Assembly: GCA_051313645.2 (NCBI GenBank)
Contig: JBNRSN020000013.1
Span: 94,054,001-94,118,000 of the forward strand
Direction: 5' to 3'
DNA length: 64,000 nucleotides
Source: Centroscyllium fabricii
Taxonomy: Eukaryota
The position numbers and the translations under genes were made by a program. Numbering within the stretch: the stretch's first letter is position 1; each line of letters begins with the position of its first letter. The notes below the pieces were generated by a model that worked only from the letters and a program-made list of their open reading frames with translations, searched no databases and was not told the origin of the DNA. Below are positions 1 to 11,679 of the stretch, in pieces.

Positions 1-1749
1 CTCTGAAAAAGAGAGCGCAGGTGCATCACATGTTGAGATTCGTTAACACTAGCAACTAAAATGTCATCAAGATATACAAACAAAAAGTCCAAGTCCCGAA
101 GGACAGAGTCCATCAACCGTTGAAAAACCTGTGCTACATTCTTTAACCTGAAAGGCATGCGCAAAAATGAAAGGCGTAATAACAGCTGTTTTTTGAATGT
201 CATCCAGATGGACCGGGACCTGGTGATACCTTCGGACGAGATCAATTTTCGAAAAAATGGTAGTGCCCGCCAAATGGGCCGAAAAGTCCTGAATATGTGG
301 TACCGGGTATCTGTCCGCCGTGGTGGCATCATTAAGGCATCGGTAATCACCACATGGTTGCCAACCGCCTCCTGGCTTGGGGACGATGTGGAGTGGTGAC
401 GACCACTGACTGTTGGAAGGTCGAATGATCCCCAACTTCTCCAGGGCAGAGAATTCTTGCTTAGCCACTGCCATCTTCGTAGGAGTGAGGCATCTGGCTC
501 TGGCTCTGGCGAAAACCGGCGGACCAGTAGTGGCGATGTGTTGTTGGATGCAGTGTTTGGCCAACCCATTAGAGAAAGTCGGCTGCATGATGGCCGGGAA
601 CTCGGCCAGCAGGCGTGCGTACTTGTCGCCTGGAGGAGGAGAGCAGGAGCTAACGAGGGGTTGGCCATCACTTCGCTGGCAGTGAAACGATGCGAAAGTA
701 GATGCATCCATCAGACGTCTGCCCCGGACGTCCATGAGCAGGCCGTGGGCACAAAGGAAATCTGCGCCCAGCAATGGACGTGCTATATTGGCCGTGACAA
801 TGTCCCATGCAAAGTGTTGGATGCCCAGTCGGATTTCAGCTCGCCACTTACCGAATGTGGCAATAGCAACGCCATTCACGGCCATGAGGAGTGGGCCGCT
901 GCGGCTGGACGGTCGATCGGAGCACGTGGCTGGTAAGATGCTGACATGGGCCCCGGTGTCACAGAGGAATTGTTAGCTGGACAGAGAGTCTAATATAGAG
1001 CAACTGACCTGCTGTGCCCATGGCGTTAGCAGCGGCTGGACCTTGGCGGCGTGGCTGATTCGAAGTCTTGGGCTTGGATTGGGCCAGTTTGCCGTCGAAG
1101 GAGCAAGGCGGTCGGCAGCGGTGGCCGTTCCGGCCGAAGCGTGGGTGATAATAGCAAAGCTCCAGCCGTGGTCGGGGCGTTGGTTGTGGCGTGGGGGTTG
1201 GGGGCCTCGTGGCGGCACCTGTGTAAGGTGTGCACAGGCAGATGCAGTCTGCAGCGGCGGCCAAATCGGCATAGTCCCCACCTTTAATGTTTGCTAACGC
1301 GGACTGCACCAGCTGCGGAAGCAGGTTGATAAAGACTGCCCTGAACAAAGGGCATTCCCTGTGGTCGCCAAGCAGGGCGAGCATCCGGTTCATTAAGCGT
1401 GTGGGCGTGGAGTCACTGAGAACCGGGAGTTCGAGAAGTTGCCGGGCCTGCACGGCCTCCGGTAGGTCGTGGGCTTGTAGCAAGCGCTTCTTGACGGCAG
1501 CGTACCTGTCGGTGGGTCGCAGAGCAGGTCGACAATGTCAGCGGTGACGTGGCTCGGCAGGGCTGCAACAACGAGGAGATAGCGGTCCTCATCTTGGGTA
1601 ATGCGTCGTAGGCGGAACTGCGCCTCCGATTGAATGAACCAAGCGGCTGCTTGGTGTTCCCAAAAGGTAGGGAGACTTGTAGTCGACGGCCGTTCGATCT
1701 GGCTGGCCGCTGTGGGCGTGTTCGGGTCAGCATTTTCACTGCCTGACAT
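1..1749 (-). mobile_element. Ty3/Gypsy (Mag-like) LTR retrotransposon internal region: gag-protease-RT, frameshifted, running off the window start
   Basis: Gag N-term LPTFWEHQAAAWFIQSEAQF (ORF 1393-1749) and knuckle CYYHPRFGRNGHRCRPPC (ORF 959-1483). Protease DTGA near 950-960. RT motifs WSSPLHIVPK, DYRCLND, FSKIDL, YHQVPV and YLDD (about 63-74). Several frameshifts. Confidence 0.92.
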
Positions 1750-1761
1750 TCGGGGTCACCA
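1750..1761 (-). promoter_or_regulatory. Primer-binding site, tRNA-Trp type
   Basis: TGGTGACCCCGA is complementary to the tRNA-Trp 3' end (...UCGGGGUCACCA). The gag ATG follows directly. Confidence 0.8.
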
Positions 1762-1763
1762 AT

Positions 1764-2033
1764 TGTGGGAACCTTAGTTTCCCACTCTTTAATTATCGAG
1801 AAACGATGCAAAATCAAATAAGTCTTTATTCAAGTACAACCACGCAGAACTGCTGGAAAACAGCGCGAAAACGCAAAGCACTGTGGGGCTCTTGAGTGAC
1901 AGCCCTACGGACCAGTCAGGGACCGTAACCGTTGACGTAACTTGACCAATGGGGAAACGGGGGAGGGCCCGTTTGGGAAAGGTGGATTCGGAGTCCTCGA
2001 GAGATCGGATGACTCTCGAGTGGCTACGCTACA
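1764..2033 (-). repeat. 5' LTR (~270 bp) of the Gypsy element
   Basis: Minus strand reads TGTAGC...CCCACA (TG...CA ends), with AATAAA at 1825-1830 and a PBS 2 nt past the end. CR1 sequence resumes at 2034. Confidence 0.8.
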
Positions 2034-3445
2034 AGATCACCTCTCATTCTGCTAAACTTCATCGAATATATGCCTAGTCTATATATCTCTCCTCATAGGA
2101 CAATCCCCCCATCCCAGGAATCAGTCTGGTGAACCTTTGTTGCACTCCCGCTATGGCAAGTATATCCTTCCTTAGGTAAGGAGACCAAAACTGTACACAG
2201 TACTCCAGGTGTGGTCTCACCAGGGCCCTATATAATTGCAGTAAGACGTCTTTACTCTTATACTCAAATCCTCTTGTAATAAAGGCTAACATATCATTTG
2301 CTTTCGTAATTGTTTGCTGTACCTGCATGTTAACTTTCAGTGATTTGTGTACAAGGACACCCAGGTCCCTCTGAACACTGACATTTCCCAATCTCTCAAC
2401 ATTTAAAAAATATTCTAATTTTCTATTTTTCCTACCAAAGTGGATAACTTCACATTTCTCCACATTATATTCCATTTGCCATGTTCCTACCCACTCACTT
2501 AGCCTGTCTATATCCCCTTGAAGCCTCTTTGCATCCTCCTCATAACTTACATTCCTACCTAGCTTTGGATCATCAGCAAACTTGGATATATTACAGAAAA
2601 CGCTGGAAATACTCAGCAGGTCAGGCAGTATCTGTAGAGAGAGAAAGAGTTAACATTTCAGGTCGATGACCCTTTGTAAGAACTGGCAGTTCTGATGAAG
2701 GGTCATCGACCTGAAAAGTCAACTTTGTTTCTCTACAGATGCTGCCTGACCTGCTGTCTATTTCCAACATTTTGTTTTTATTTCAGATTTCCCTCATCTG
2801 CAGTATTTTGCTTTGGGATATATTACATTTGGTCCCCTCATCCAAATCATTGATGTAGATTGTGAATAGCTGAGACCCAAGCACTGATCCTTGCGGTACC
2901 CCACTAGTTACAGCTTGCCAACCTAAAAATGACCTGTTTATTCCTGCTCTCTGTTTTTTGTCCATTAACCAATCCTCAATCCATCCTAGTATATTACCCC
3001 CAATCCCATGAGCCCTAATTTTGTTTAATAATCTCTTGTGTGGTACCTTATCGAATGCACTCTGAAAATCCAAATACACCACATCCACTGGTTCCCCCTT
3101 ATCATAGAAACATAGAACTATTCTGCTCGTTGCAACCTCAGACACATTCATCAGACACGATTTCCCTTTCATAAATCTATGTTGTCTCTGCCCAATCCTA
3201 TTATTATTTTCTAAGTGCCTTGTTACCATGTCCTTAATAATAGATTCTAGCATTTTCCCTACTACTGATGTCAGATTAACTGGTCTGTAGATCCCCGTTT
3301 TCTCGCTCGCTCTCCCTCCTTTTTTAAATAGTCAGGTTACATTTGCTACCTTCCAATCCGTGGGAACCGTTCTAGAATCTATGAAATTTTGGAAAATGAC
3401 ACTCAATGCATCCATTATCTCTATAGCCACCTCTTTCAAAACCTT
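2034..3445 (-). mobile_element. CR1 LINE ORF2 (RT) fragment
   Basis: ORFs 2783-3253 ([24 protein letters not shown]) and 2074-2475 (LVRPHLEYCVQFWSP). Interrupted at 2596-2815. Confidence 0.9.
2596..2815. mobile_element. Palindromic Penelope-derived short element with hammerhead-ribozyme-like core
   Basis: 12-bp TSD GGATATATTACA at 2584-2595 and 2816-2827. The two halves are inverted about 2686. The + strand carries CTGATGA-AGGGTC-ATC-GACCT-GAAA at 2692-2716. Confidence 0.75.
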
Positions 3446-3500
3446 AGGTAGCTATAGAGATAGGACATTTTACTATGTTAAAGGCACTATATAAATACAA

Positions 3501-3732
3501 ACAACAACAGAAAAAGCTGGAAAAACTCAGCAGGCCAGGCCGCATCCGTGGAGCGAGAAACTGAGTTAATGTTTCGGGTTCTGGACCCTTCATCTGAAGT
3601 TCAGACGAAGGGTCCAGAACCCAAAATGTTAACTCATTTTCTCTCTCCACGGATGCGGCCTGGCCTGCTGGGTTTTTCCAGCTTTTTCTGTTGTTATTTC
3701 ACGTTTCCAGCATCCGCAGTATTTTGCTATTA
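3501..3732. mobile_element. Palindromic Penelope-derived short element (same family), inserted in an L2-type tail
   Basis: TSD TATATAAATACAA at 3488-3500 and 3733-3745. Inverted halves centred near 3599. Degenerate cores CAGAYGA...GAAA/CAAA. Confidence 0.75.
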
Positions 3733-3924
3733 TATATAAATACAAGTTGTTGTTATAGTGGCAGCACCCAGCAGAGCATGGAGATATATATTGGAAGTCT
3801 TTAAGGCTCAAAATACACAAGCATGTGGAGGTATACATGACATTTGATCACGTAACACTGCACATGTGATGATTAATCACATGACATTTGCCCACTGTTT
3901 GTAAATGTTTTTGCATTTAACTTT

Positions 3925-5105
3925 CCTGGGATGAGAGGCTTGTCTTATGAAGATTGAGCCTTTACACTCTGGAGTTTAGAAAAATGAGCGGTGATCTCAT
4001 TGAAACATATAAGATTCTGAGGGGGATTGACAGGGTAGATGCTAAGAGGTTGTTTCCCCTGGCCGGAGAGTCTAGAACAAGGGGTTTTGGGCTAGAAATT
4101 CAATATCATCCCAGTTGAGACGCTAACATTTAAAAAGTTGGGAATTACCGCCAGGTGCTAATCATTGGCGATGCCTTGAAATTCGGTGTTAGCGCTCCAG
4201 GAAGGGAGAGCTAAATCAAGGACTCACTTCCTTCCTGGAGTGCTGAAGGATGCAGGTGGGGCGGGGGAGGTGCAGCGCTGCACAATGTTCCGTGTAGCGC
4301 TGCCACGATCCGAGCCGCCTTCCCTCCCTTAAAGGGAAAGGCCATCTCTGCAGGCTCTGCATTGGGACCAGTTAGCTGGTTCCCGATGACAGCTACGCTC
4401 CGGCCCGATCAGCCCCATGCTCTCCAGCAGAGTGCCGGGCTGATCGATCGCGGCCGAAGAAAAATGGAAAAAAATTTAAATCATGCATTGCAACAATTTT
4501 TCTACTTACTGCAGCAGCATCCCCTTTAACTTGTGCCCTCGAAGCACCCGGCCTCCCGAACAACACCACCTGCAGCAGTCAGTGTTGTTGCTCGGCCATG
4601 CTGCAGGGGTGGAATCGAAGTTTGGGTCCAGGGCGCTACTCAGGACAATGACGTCACGCTCTCCGGGCACAGGAGATTGTGGCACAATGTGTTACCGCTG
4701 CCACAAACCTCTTGGCCAATTTAGTGGGAGTCGTTCATTTTGCCACTCCCGGTCGGTAAGTCATTAGTGCCCCCTGGAGGCGATAACGGGAGGTGCTAAC
4801 AAGGCCACTTCTTGGGCAACAGTCTCAGTCTTAAAAAGCTGACCCCTTATCCCAAGATGAGGAGGAATTTCTTCACTCAGAGGCTTGCGAATCTTTGGAA
4901 TTCTCTGCCCCAAAGTGCTGTGGATGCTCAGTCATTGAGTATATTCAAGGCCGATAGCGGTAGGTTTTTGGACTCGAAGAATTAAGCGATATGGGGATCA
5001 GGTGGGAAAGTGGAGTTGAGGTCGAAGATCAGCCATGATCTTATTGAATGGCGGAGCAAGCTCGAGGGGCCGAATGGCCTACTCCTGCTCTTAATTCTTA
5101 TGCTC
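3925..5105 (+). mobile_element. CR1 3' end fragment split by a GC-rich insertion (about 4089-4817, Harbinger-MITE-like left end GGGCTAGAAATTC)
   Basis: CR1 motifs GGAGTTTAGAA..ATGAG, GAATCTTTGGAATTCTCT and tail CCTACTCCTGCTC. The right TIR of the insert was not clearly found. Confidence 0.7.
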
Positions 5106-5277
5106 CTTAGTATCATCAAGCCCCGAATAAAATTTGACTTTTTGTTTTATAGTGAAATAACAATTTATAAATCAAAGCAAGAACACAATAGAAAGATTTA
5201 AGGATAAGTAATGTTCAATTAAAAACTACTTGTGACGTTTCTACAGTATCAACCGCAATGAGAAACACCAAGTAAAC

Positions 5278-5405
5278 ATGGGGAGCGGGCAGGAAAGTGG
5301 AGTTGAGGCCAAGATAAGATCAGCCATGATCTTATTGAATGGCGGAGCAGGCTCGAGGGGCCAAATGACCCACTCCTGCTCCTACGTCTTATGTTCTTAT
5401 GTTCT
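5278..5405 (+). mobile_element. CR1/HE1-type 3' tail fragment
   Basis: GATCAGCCATGATCTTATTGAATGGCGGAGCAGGCTCGAGGGG followed by (TTATGTTC)n. Confidence 0.8.
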
Positions 5406-5622
5406 AAATACTACTGATTCAGCATAATCATCTTCGATATAAGTACTAACTTCTAACTAAAGTTTTTGTACAGTTTTATGACCTTTTACAAAACACAGCA
5501 AGTTATAAAAATAAAACCAAAATTAAACTGAATTCAATTCACTGATGCCCAAAGTCCAGCACTGACGCTCAGCCCTCAGCGAGAAGCACCAACGCTGCCT
5601 GACTCCCGTCACCCAACACATT

Positions 5623-6493
5623 GGGCCAGAAATTCGGGTGCCTCGCACCAGTTGCACTCGCACGGAGGGGGGCCAATTTCCCCGTGCGATCGATCGCACG
5701 GGGCATGCGCATGGATCGGAGCTTTCCGATGCTGAGGGAGAAGGGCCCTCAGCATCGCACGCAGGAGTCAATTACACCCAAAAATCCCGATTGAAAAGGG
5801 TGAAAATTAGTGCGTGAATCTGTGGGCAAGTGGCCTTTGAGCTGCACGGGAAAAAAGGAGTCGTAACCTGTGCGTTGGTGAGAGCAGTGCGTTCTTAAAC
5901 AAGGTAATTTACTTTTTTACCTTTAATTTTAAGTTTTATCAATTTTTTAGAGTAATGTGGCCAGATCGCTATCATTTAATTTGGCTGTTAAAATGTTTTT
6001 TTAAATTTAAAAAATCCGAATTTCAATTGTTATACACACTGCTTTCTATTCCAAATCGCTTATTTTTAAATTTTAAGTTCTGAATTTTTTTTACTATTTT
6101 CTTAATTTAAAAAACTAAGAAGAAATCGCTGAGACTTACCTCCATCGAAAATCTGCCCTGGCCGCCGTTGCTCACTGCCGAGTCTGTGGGTGGAGCAGTG
6201 GGCGTGGTCCTAATCGAGGCCTCACGTGCCTGCTCCCTACGAAGTCCGACTGTGAAGCAGGGGGCGTTTTTTATTTAAATTAGGGATCTGTGGGTGGGGC
6301 ATCACTCCAACGCACGCACGACGGCAGCGCATATACAGCGCTCCTAGCCTGGCTGGACTGCCACGCAGCCCAGGAACGGGGCGGAGCCAACAGGAAGTTT
6401 TGGCCGTAAAAAATGTGCGATTATGGTGCGGTGCGTTAGGTGTCCGCATGGTCCTTGCACCCGCACCAACCGGCAGACTGGAATTTCTGGCCC
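5623..6493. mobile_element. Non-autonomous DNA transposon (PIF/Harbinger-like MITE)
   Basis: TIRs GGGCCAGAAATTC / GAATTTCTGGCCC. 3-bp TSD ATT at 5620-5622 and 6494-6496. Confidence 0.8.
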
Positions 6494-6539
6494 ATTATAC
6501 AACATTGCACATCACAAGCCAACATGAACTCTCCCTTGC

Positions 6540-6865
6540 AGTTGGTATTGTTCTACCTCTCTCTCTTCCTTCCTCCCCAGTTTGTGCTGCTCTTTCTCTT
6601 CCCCTCCCCAATGTGTTGCTCCCTCCCTCCCTCTCCCAGTTTCTGTTGCTCTCACTCCCTTCCCCATTTTGTTTTGCTTTCTCGCTCACCCTCCAGCAGT
6701 TTGTTTCTCCCTCCCACCATTTGTGTTGCTCTCGCTTTCTTTTTTGCAGTTTGTGTTGTTTTCTCTCTCTCCCTCCTCCAGATTCTGTTTCTTTCTCTCT
6801 CTCCCACCCCGTTTGTGCTGTTCTCGCACGCTTTCTCTCCCTTCCCCAGTTGCTCTCTCTGGACT
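6540..6865. repeat. CT-rich low-complexity degenerate tandem repeat
   Basis: Recurring units such as CCCCAGTTTGTGCTGCTCTTTCTC. Confidence 0.8.
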
Positions 6866-7904
6866 CACGGAGTTTCCATGTGATTTTCTTTGGCCCCGAT
6901 GCCGCCATCCTCATAACCGGCAATGAAGCAGTGCATTCCAAATAGTGGGGGACCAGCAGGGCTCTGACTTGGCTGCAAGCCATGGCAGCCAGGGCACTGT
7001 GCATGTGCGAACCATGTACTCAAGGACCGTTTCTCCCATCACCAGTAGTAGTGCTCAGGAGATCAAGTCCCCTTTCTGGTAGACTCCCGCCCAAAGCAAG
7101 AGGGTTTGGAACCCTACATTGAGCGCCAGACTGGTTTCCAGCTTTTCCCTTACTGCAGCAAGATCCCTTTAAATACCGCTGGATATGGCCACCTCCTGAC
7201 CTATGCCGCCAATAGTTTGTGGGTGGGTTGATGAACTGGCAATAGCAACAAGGGTAGAGACAAAAATGACACCTTGGTGTTAACTCCATCTTTTGACATT
7301 TATTGGCACATATTAATGAGGTTCTTGCCTGTTTCTGGCAGGAGCTTTGGCTACCTAAAATCGAGGTGCGACCAAAAATCAGAATGGCCGGTCAGTCAGC
7401 GGTAAATTGGTGGGTTAATCTGCCACGTGATTTTGGTCCCACAACCACCCCCGTTTTAGATGTAAATCACCCCCCATTGTTGTAGTGTTCTCAGTTATAG
7501 CACCAGGGATGTAGTTCACTGTGTGTAAAGAAAAATTATTTTTTAAGCTGTCATAAATCTCTTCAGATTAGTAAGCGGCATCTTCCACTAATAATGTCTG
7601 GCTTCCCAAGATTAAAAGCGGTTTTCCTAATCTTACCAGTATTAGTCTGCAGCTGAGGTAGTTCTGAGTCACAGAGTAAAAATATTTGGCGCAATCTAGA
7701 CTGCAACAAATATGTTGCAAATTAGGATTCAAGACACATAGTTTGTATTATTTTGATTAGAAAGCACAAGACATGTGCAATGTTAAATAAGGAAATAATA
7801 TCCTCAATTCCAGATTGGTTATTGATTCGTTTAAAAATACATTTTTTAAAGTTAGTTCATCATGTCTGGATCGCTCCAAAACCAATCCCACTGCCCTGTC
7901 CTTG

Positions 7905-8975
7905 TATAGAAACATAGAAAATAGGTGCAGGAGTAGACCATTCGGTCCTTCGAGCCAGCACCGCCATTTAATGCGTTCATGGCTGAACATGCTACCTCAG
8001 TACCCCATTCCTGCTTTCTCGCCATACCCCTTGATCCCCTTGTTGTGAGTATTATATCTAACTCCCTTTTGAATATATTTAGCGAACTGGCCTCAACAAC
8101 CTTCTGTGGCAGAGAATTCCACAGATTCATCACTCTCTGGGTGAAGAAGTTCCTCCTCATCTCAGTCTTAAATGGCCTCCCCTTTATCCTTAGACTGTGA
8201 CCCCTGGTTCTAGTCTTCCCTAACATTGGAAACATTCTGCCCGCATCTAACTTGTCTAAACCAGTCAGGATTTTAAACGCCTCTATAAGATCCCCCCTCA
8301 TTCTTCTGAACTCCAGAGGATACAAGTTCAGTTGATCCAGTCTTTCTTGATATGTCAGTCCGGCCATCCCAGGAATCAATCTAGTGAACCTTCGCTGCAC
8401 TCCCTCAATAGCAAGAATGTCTTTCCCCAAGTTAGGAGCCCAAAACTGCACACAATACTCCAGGTGTGGCCTCACCAAGGCCCTGTACAACTGCAGCATC
8501 ACCTCCCTACTCCTGTACTCAAATCCCCTCGCTATGAAGGCCATCATGCCATTTGCTTTCTTGACCGCCTGCTGCACTTGCATTCCCACCTTCAGTAACT
8601 GATGTACCATGATGCCCAGATCTCGTTGCACCTCCCCTTTCCCTAATCTGTCACCATTCAGATAATAGTCTGCCTCTCTATTTTTACCACCAAAGTGGAT
8701 AACCTCACATTTATCTACATTGTACTTCATCTGCCATACATTTGCCCATTCACCCAACCTGTCCAAGTCACTCTGTAGCCTCCCAGCATCCTCCTCATTG
8801 TTCACACTGCCTCCCAATTTAGTGTCATCAGCAAATTTGGAGATACTACAATTAATCCCTTCGTCCAAATCATTAATATATAATGTAAACAGCTGGGGCC
8901 CCAGCACCGAACCCTGCGGTACCCCGCTGGTCACTGCCTGCCATTCTGAAAAGTACCCATTTACTCCTAAAAAGT
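7905..8975 (-). mobile_element. 5'-truncated CR1 LINE with uninterrupted RT C-terminal ORF and 3' tail
   Basis: ORF 7852-8934: [52 protein letters not shown]. Confidence 0.95.
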
Positions 8976-9009
8976 ATCCATTTACTCCTTCTCTTCCTCA
9001 AATATTTAT

Positions 9010-9205
9010 CTCATTTTCCCTCAATCAACATAACAGATTATCTGGTCATTACCACGTTGCTGTTTGTGGGAGCTTGCCGTGCACAAATTGGCTGCTGCGT
9101 TTCCTACAATACAACAGTGACTGCACTTCAAAAATACATCATTGGCTATAAAGTGCTTTGGGATGGTCGGTGGTCGTGAAAGGCGCTATATAAATGAAAG
9201 TCTCT
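9010..9205 (+). mobile_element. DeuSINE-like (SacSINE1/AmnSINE-type) 3' half with L2-like tail
   Basis: TTGCTGTTTGTGGGAGCTTGC..TGC.CAAATTGGCTGC Deu-domain-like text; tail AAAGGCGCTATATAAATG. Confidence 0.6.
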
Positions 9206-10385
9206 CTTTAAAAGCCTCAACCATACCCTGCGGCAAAGTGTTCCATCCTCCAACTGCCCTCTGTCTGAAGAAATTTCTCCGTGTTTTTTTTAATGCCAAT
9301 TTTAAATTGATGGCCTCTCATCAGTGATTCACCAATTAAAAGAAATAGTCTTTCCCTGTTCACTCTATCAAAACCTTTAATAATTTTAACCACCTCGATT
9401 AAATCTCCACTGCTCCAATATGTTGTGACCTAGGGGAGCATCTGCTACCAGTGTGACAAATCTGTTTCCCACATGAGCTATGCTGACAGTTTGGTGCAAA
9501 TTAGTGCTGAATTACAGGCAGTATTGTGATCTGGACTTGCATCCACTAAGTGACTTGAGGCTGACCAAACTAATTTCACTTTTGTTTGGTTAGCTGGGTG
9601 TCTGATGCTGAAATCAATTACAACACTTCTCAGCAATTTGGTTTGGAGACTGTTAAGTCCACAAGTAATTTTCCTTTGCCTGTTGTGCACGCACTCTCCT
9701 ATAGAGACACACCTCATTTATACAAACTCCGTTCCATGCCATCTTGGAGTTAATTTAACCCTAAAGAATCTCTGTTTACCTACTGTTAATGACAAAAGTC
9801 ATTAGACAGCTGGCACGCCCTTGGTAGACAGAGAGCAGGCACCAGGAAAGCTCTCAAGCGGCATGCTGAGCAGCACAACTCGCTGTAAATTGTACACATG
9901 GATTGTGAGCATCCTCTTAACCACTGCGTGGCACAAACCACTGCATGGCACAAATGATGGTTCCAACAGTTAAAAATGACTGCAGTCTCTCTGCAACCCA
10001 ATCACCGTAGGCACTAAACCCTGAATATATGAGCATGTGTCTTCATACTATACCGCAGGTAAAACCTTCCAGTGATGGTGTCTCAGTCATCGGAGTTTAC
10101 TCTGATATGTATTGCACTTGCATATTGGTAAATGAACACTAGAGGGCTCACTAATGGGAGCAAGTGTTTTGTAGCAACTGCACTCCAAGGTCTCATCTTT
10201 TATTGAATGTTATGTCTAGAAAGAATGTTAGAGAGTCTGAAATAAAAGTACCAGTTACATTGCCACAACAACTATCAGATGCAACAGTTGGTGACCAGGA
10301 TAATGGGCAATATGTTAAGGTCAAATTTGGACATCTTTTTTACTTAGGCGGTGATCAACCTCATCACTGCAATTTGTTTTATCTC

Positions 10386-10850
10386 ATGGCAGCATTAGTT
10401 GGAAAAATTGAAAAGTATCATATGGGGTCTAGCTGGAGTGAGTTTGTAGAAAGTCCATTTTTATTTTGAGGCAAGCAGAGAGCAGTTTTGGTTACCTGCA
10501 AGAAGTCACACAACACCAGGTTATAGTCCAACAGTTTTATTTTAAATCACAAGCTTTCGGAGCGCTGCTCCTTCGTCAGGTGATTTAAAATAAAACTGTT
10601 GGACTATAACCTGGTGTTGTGTGACTTCTTGCATTTGTCCACCCCAGTCCAACACCGGCACCTCCACATCTTGGTTACCTGCAACATACACGTTAATTAA
10701 GAATTTGATTGTTCCTGCCCAGCCTAAACACAAAACACATGGGGAGTTGGTCCAAGCGTCCAAAGGGCATCAGTGCCCAAAGCCACTCGTTATTGCGGAA
10801 TGGTTCCAGTTTAACCGGAGGAAGCAAAGTGATGATGAAAATGTTTCTCT
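10386..10850 (+). mobile_element. Decayed Gypsy gag fragment, interrupted at 10502-10670
   Basis: MAALVGKIEKY..SSWSEFVE then ATYTLIKNLIVPAQPK..ELVQ..H..PKPLVIAEWFQFNRRKQ..ENVS, a typical Gypsy gag N-terminus. Confidence 0.65.
10502..10670 (-). mobile_element. Penelope-derived short element with intact minimal hammerhead core inside a perfect 54-bp inverted repeat
   Basis: 14-bp direct repeat TTGGTTACCTGCAA at 10488-10501 and 10671-10684. Arms 10497-10550 and 10580-10633 are exact reverse complements. Loop on the minus strand is CTGACGA-A-GGAGC-AGC-GCTCC-GAAA-GCTT. Confidence 0.75.
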
Positions 10851-11679
10851 GCTCGGGCGAGCGGCACAGCTGCTCTGCCGACTTTGTGCCCGTTTCAGGC
10901 AGAAGTCGAAAATTACCCCAAAGGCCTCTTTACAAGCCACCTTAAGGATTGTGTGAGTGCGTGTGTGAATTTGTATCAAATTAAGGGCACTCTCAAGGAA
11001 CTGGGGCTGCTGAAATTAATTTCATTCTTTACAGCCAGCAGAGGAATTACACTTTCACATCACTGTGGCACTGAATCCAAATCCAGCCAGAGGTAACAAG
11101 ATGATGTGCTAACCCTCTGTACCACCCAGTTCTCTCCAAGACTCTTTTAGCTGAATTTATTATGGCCTTTTTTTCACCGAGACTGAATTTATGTAAATCC
11201 CTGCATTCAACTGTTCAGTTTATGATACACAACCACGTTTTGTAATTTTTTGTCATAGCAAAAATCATGCTCTATTTGCTTCCTGCAGGAACATGCAGAG
11301 CTAAATCATTTTGAAAGGTTGCTGAAATTTTTCCAGAAAGAGAAATATAATTCTAGAAAAGAATAAAAGAAATACAAATTCAAAGAGCCAGTCACAGTCT
11401 GGTTTCTGAAAAGCTGCCTGCTGATTGCCATTAACTTTAGAGTCCATTTATTCTGTCTGTCTATGATTGGAATTCTGCCAGCCAGAAGATAGCCTGTATA
11501 CATGTTTATAGCCATGTACAGGAATCCCATCATGGTCATTACATTTTTAGAAGTTTTGCAAACACGTGTTGGAGTATTCACCCTCATTAAAGACTTCCAT
11601 CAACTCCAGGTAAGTTTAAAAAACTCAGACCTGCTGAAAACTTTTTAAGCCAAGGTTGATATCACATACCCGGTGGTCA

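Noticed and set aside
6400-7004. Several overlapping ORFs of 114-181 aa
   Set aside because: Products of CT-rich low-complexity sequence.
7594-7656. MSGFPRLKAVFLILPVLVCS* as a candidate CD247 signal-peptide exon
   Set aside because: In-frame stop before the nearby GT, and no transmembrane exon (CYxLD) was found between it and 12216.
11551-11615. AG...CAG|GTAAGT segment as a candidate CD247 exon 3
   Set aside because: 59 nt long and no frame ends in Yx at phase 0 as ITAM1 requires.
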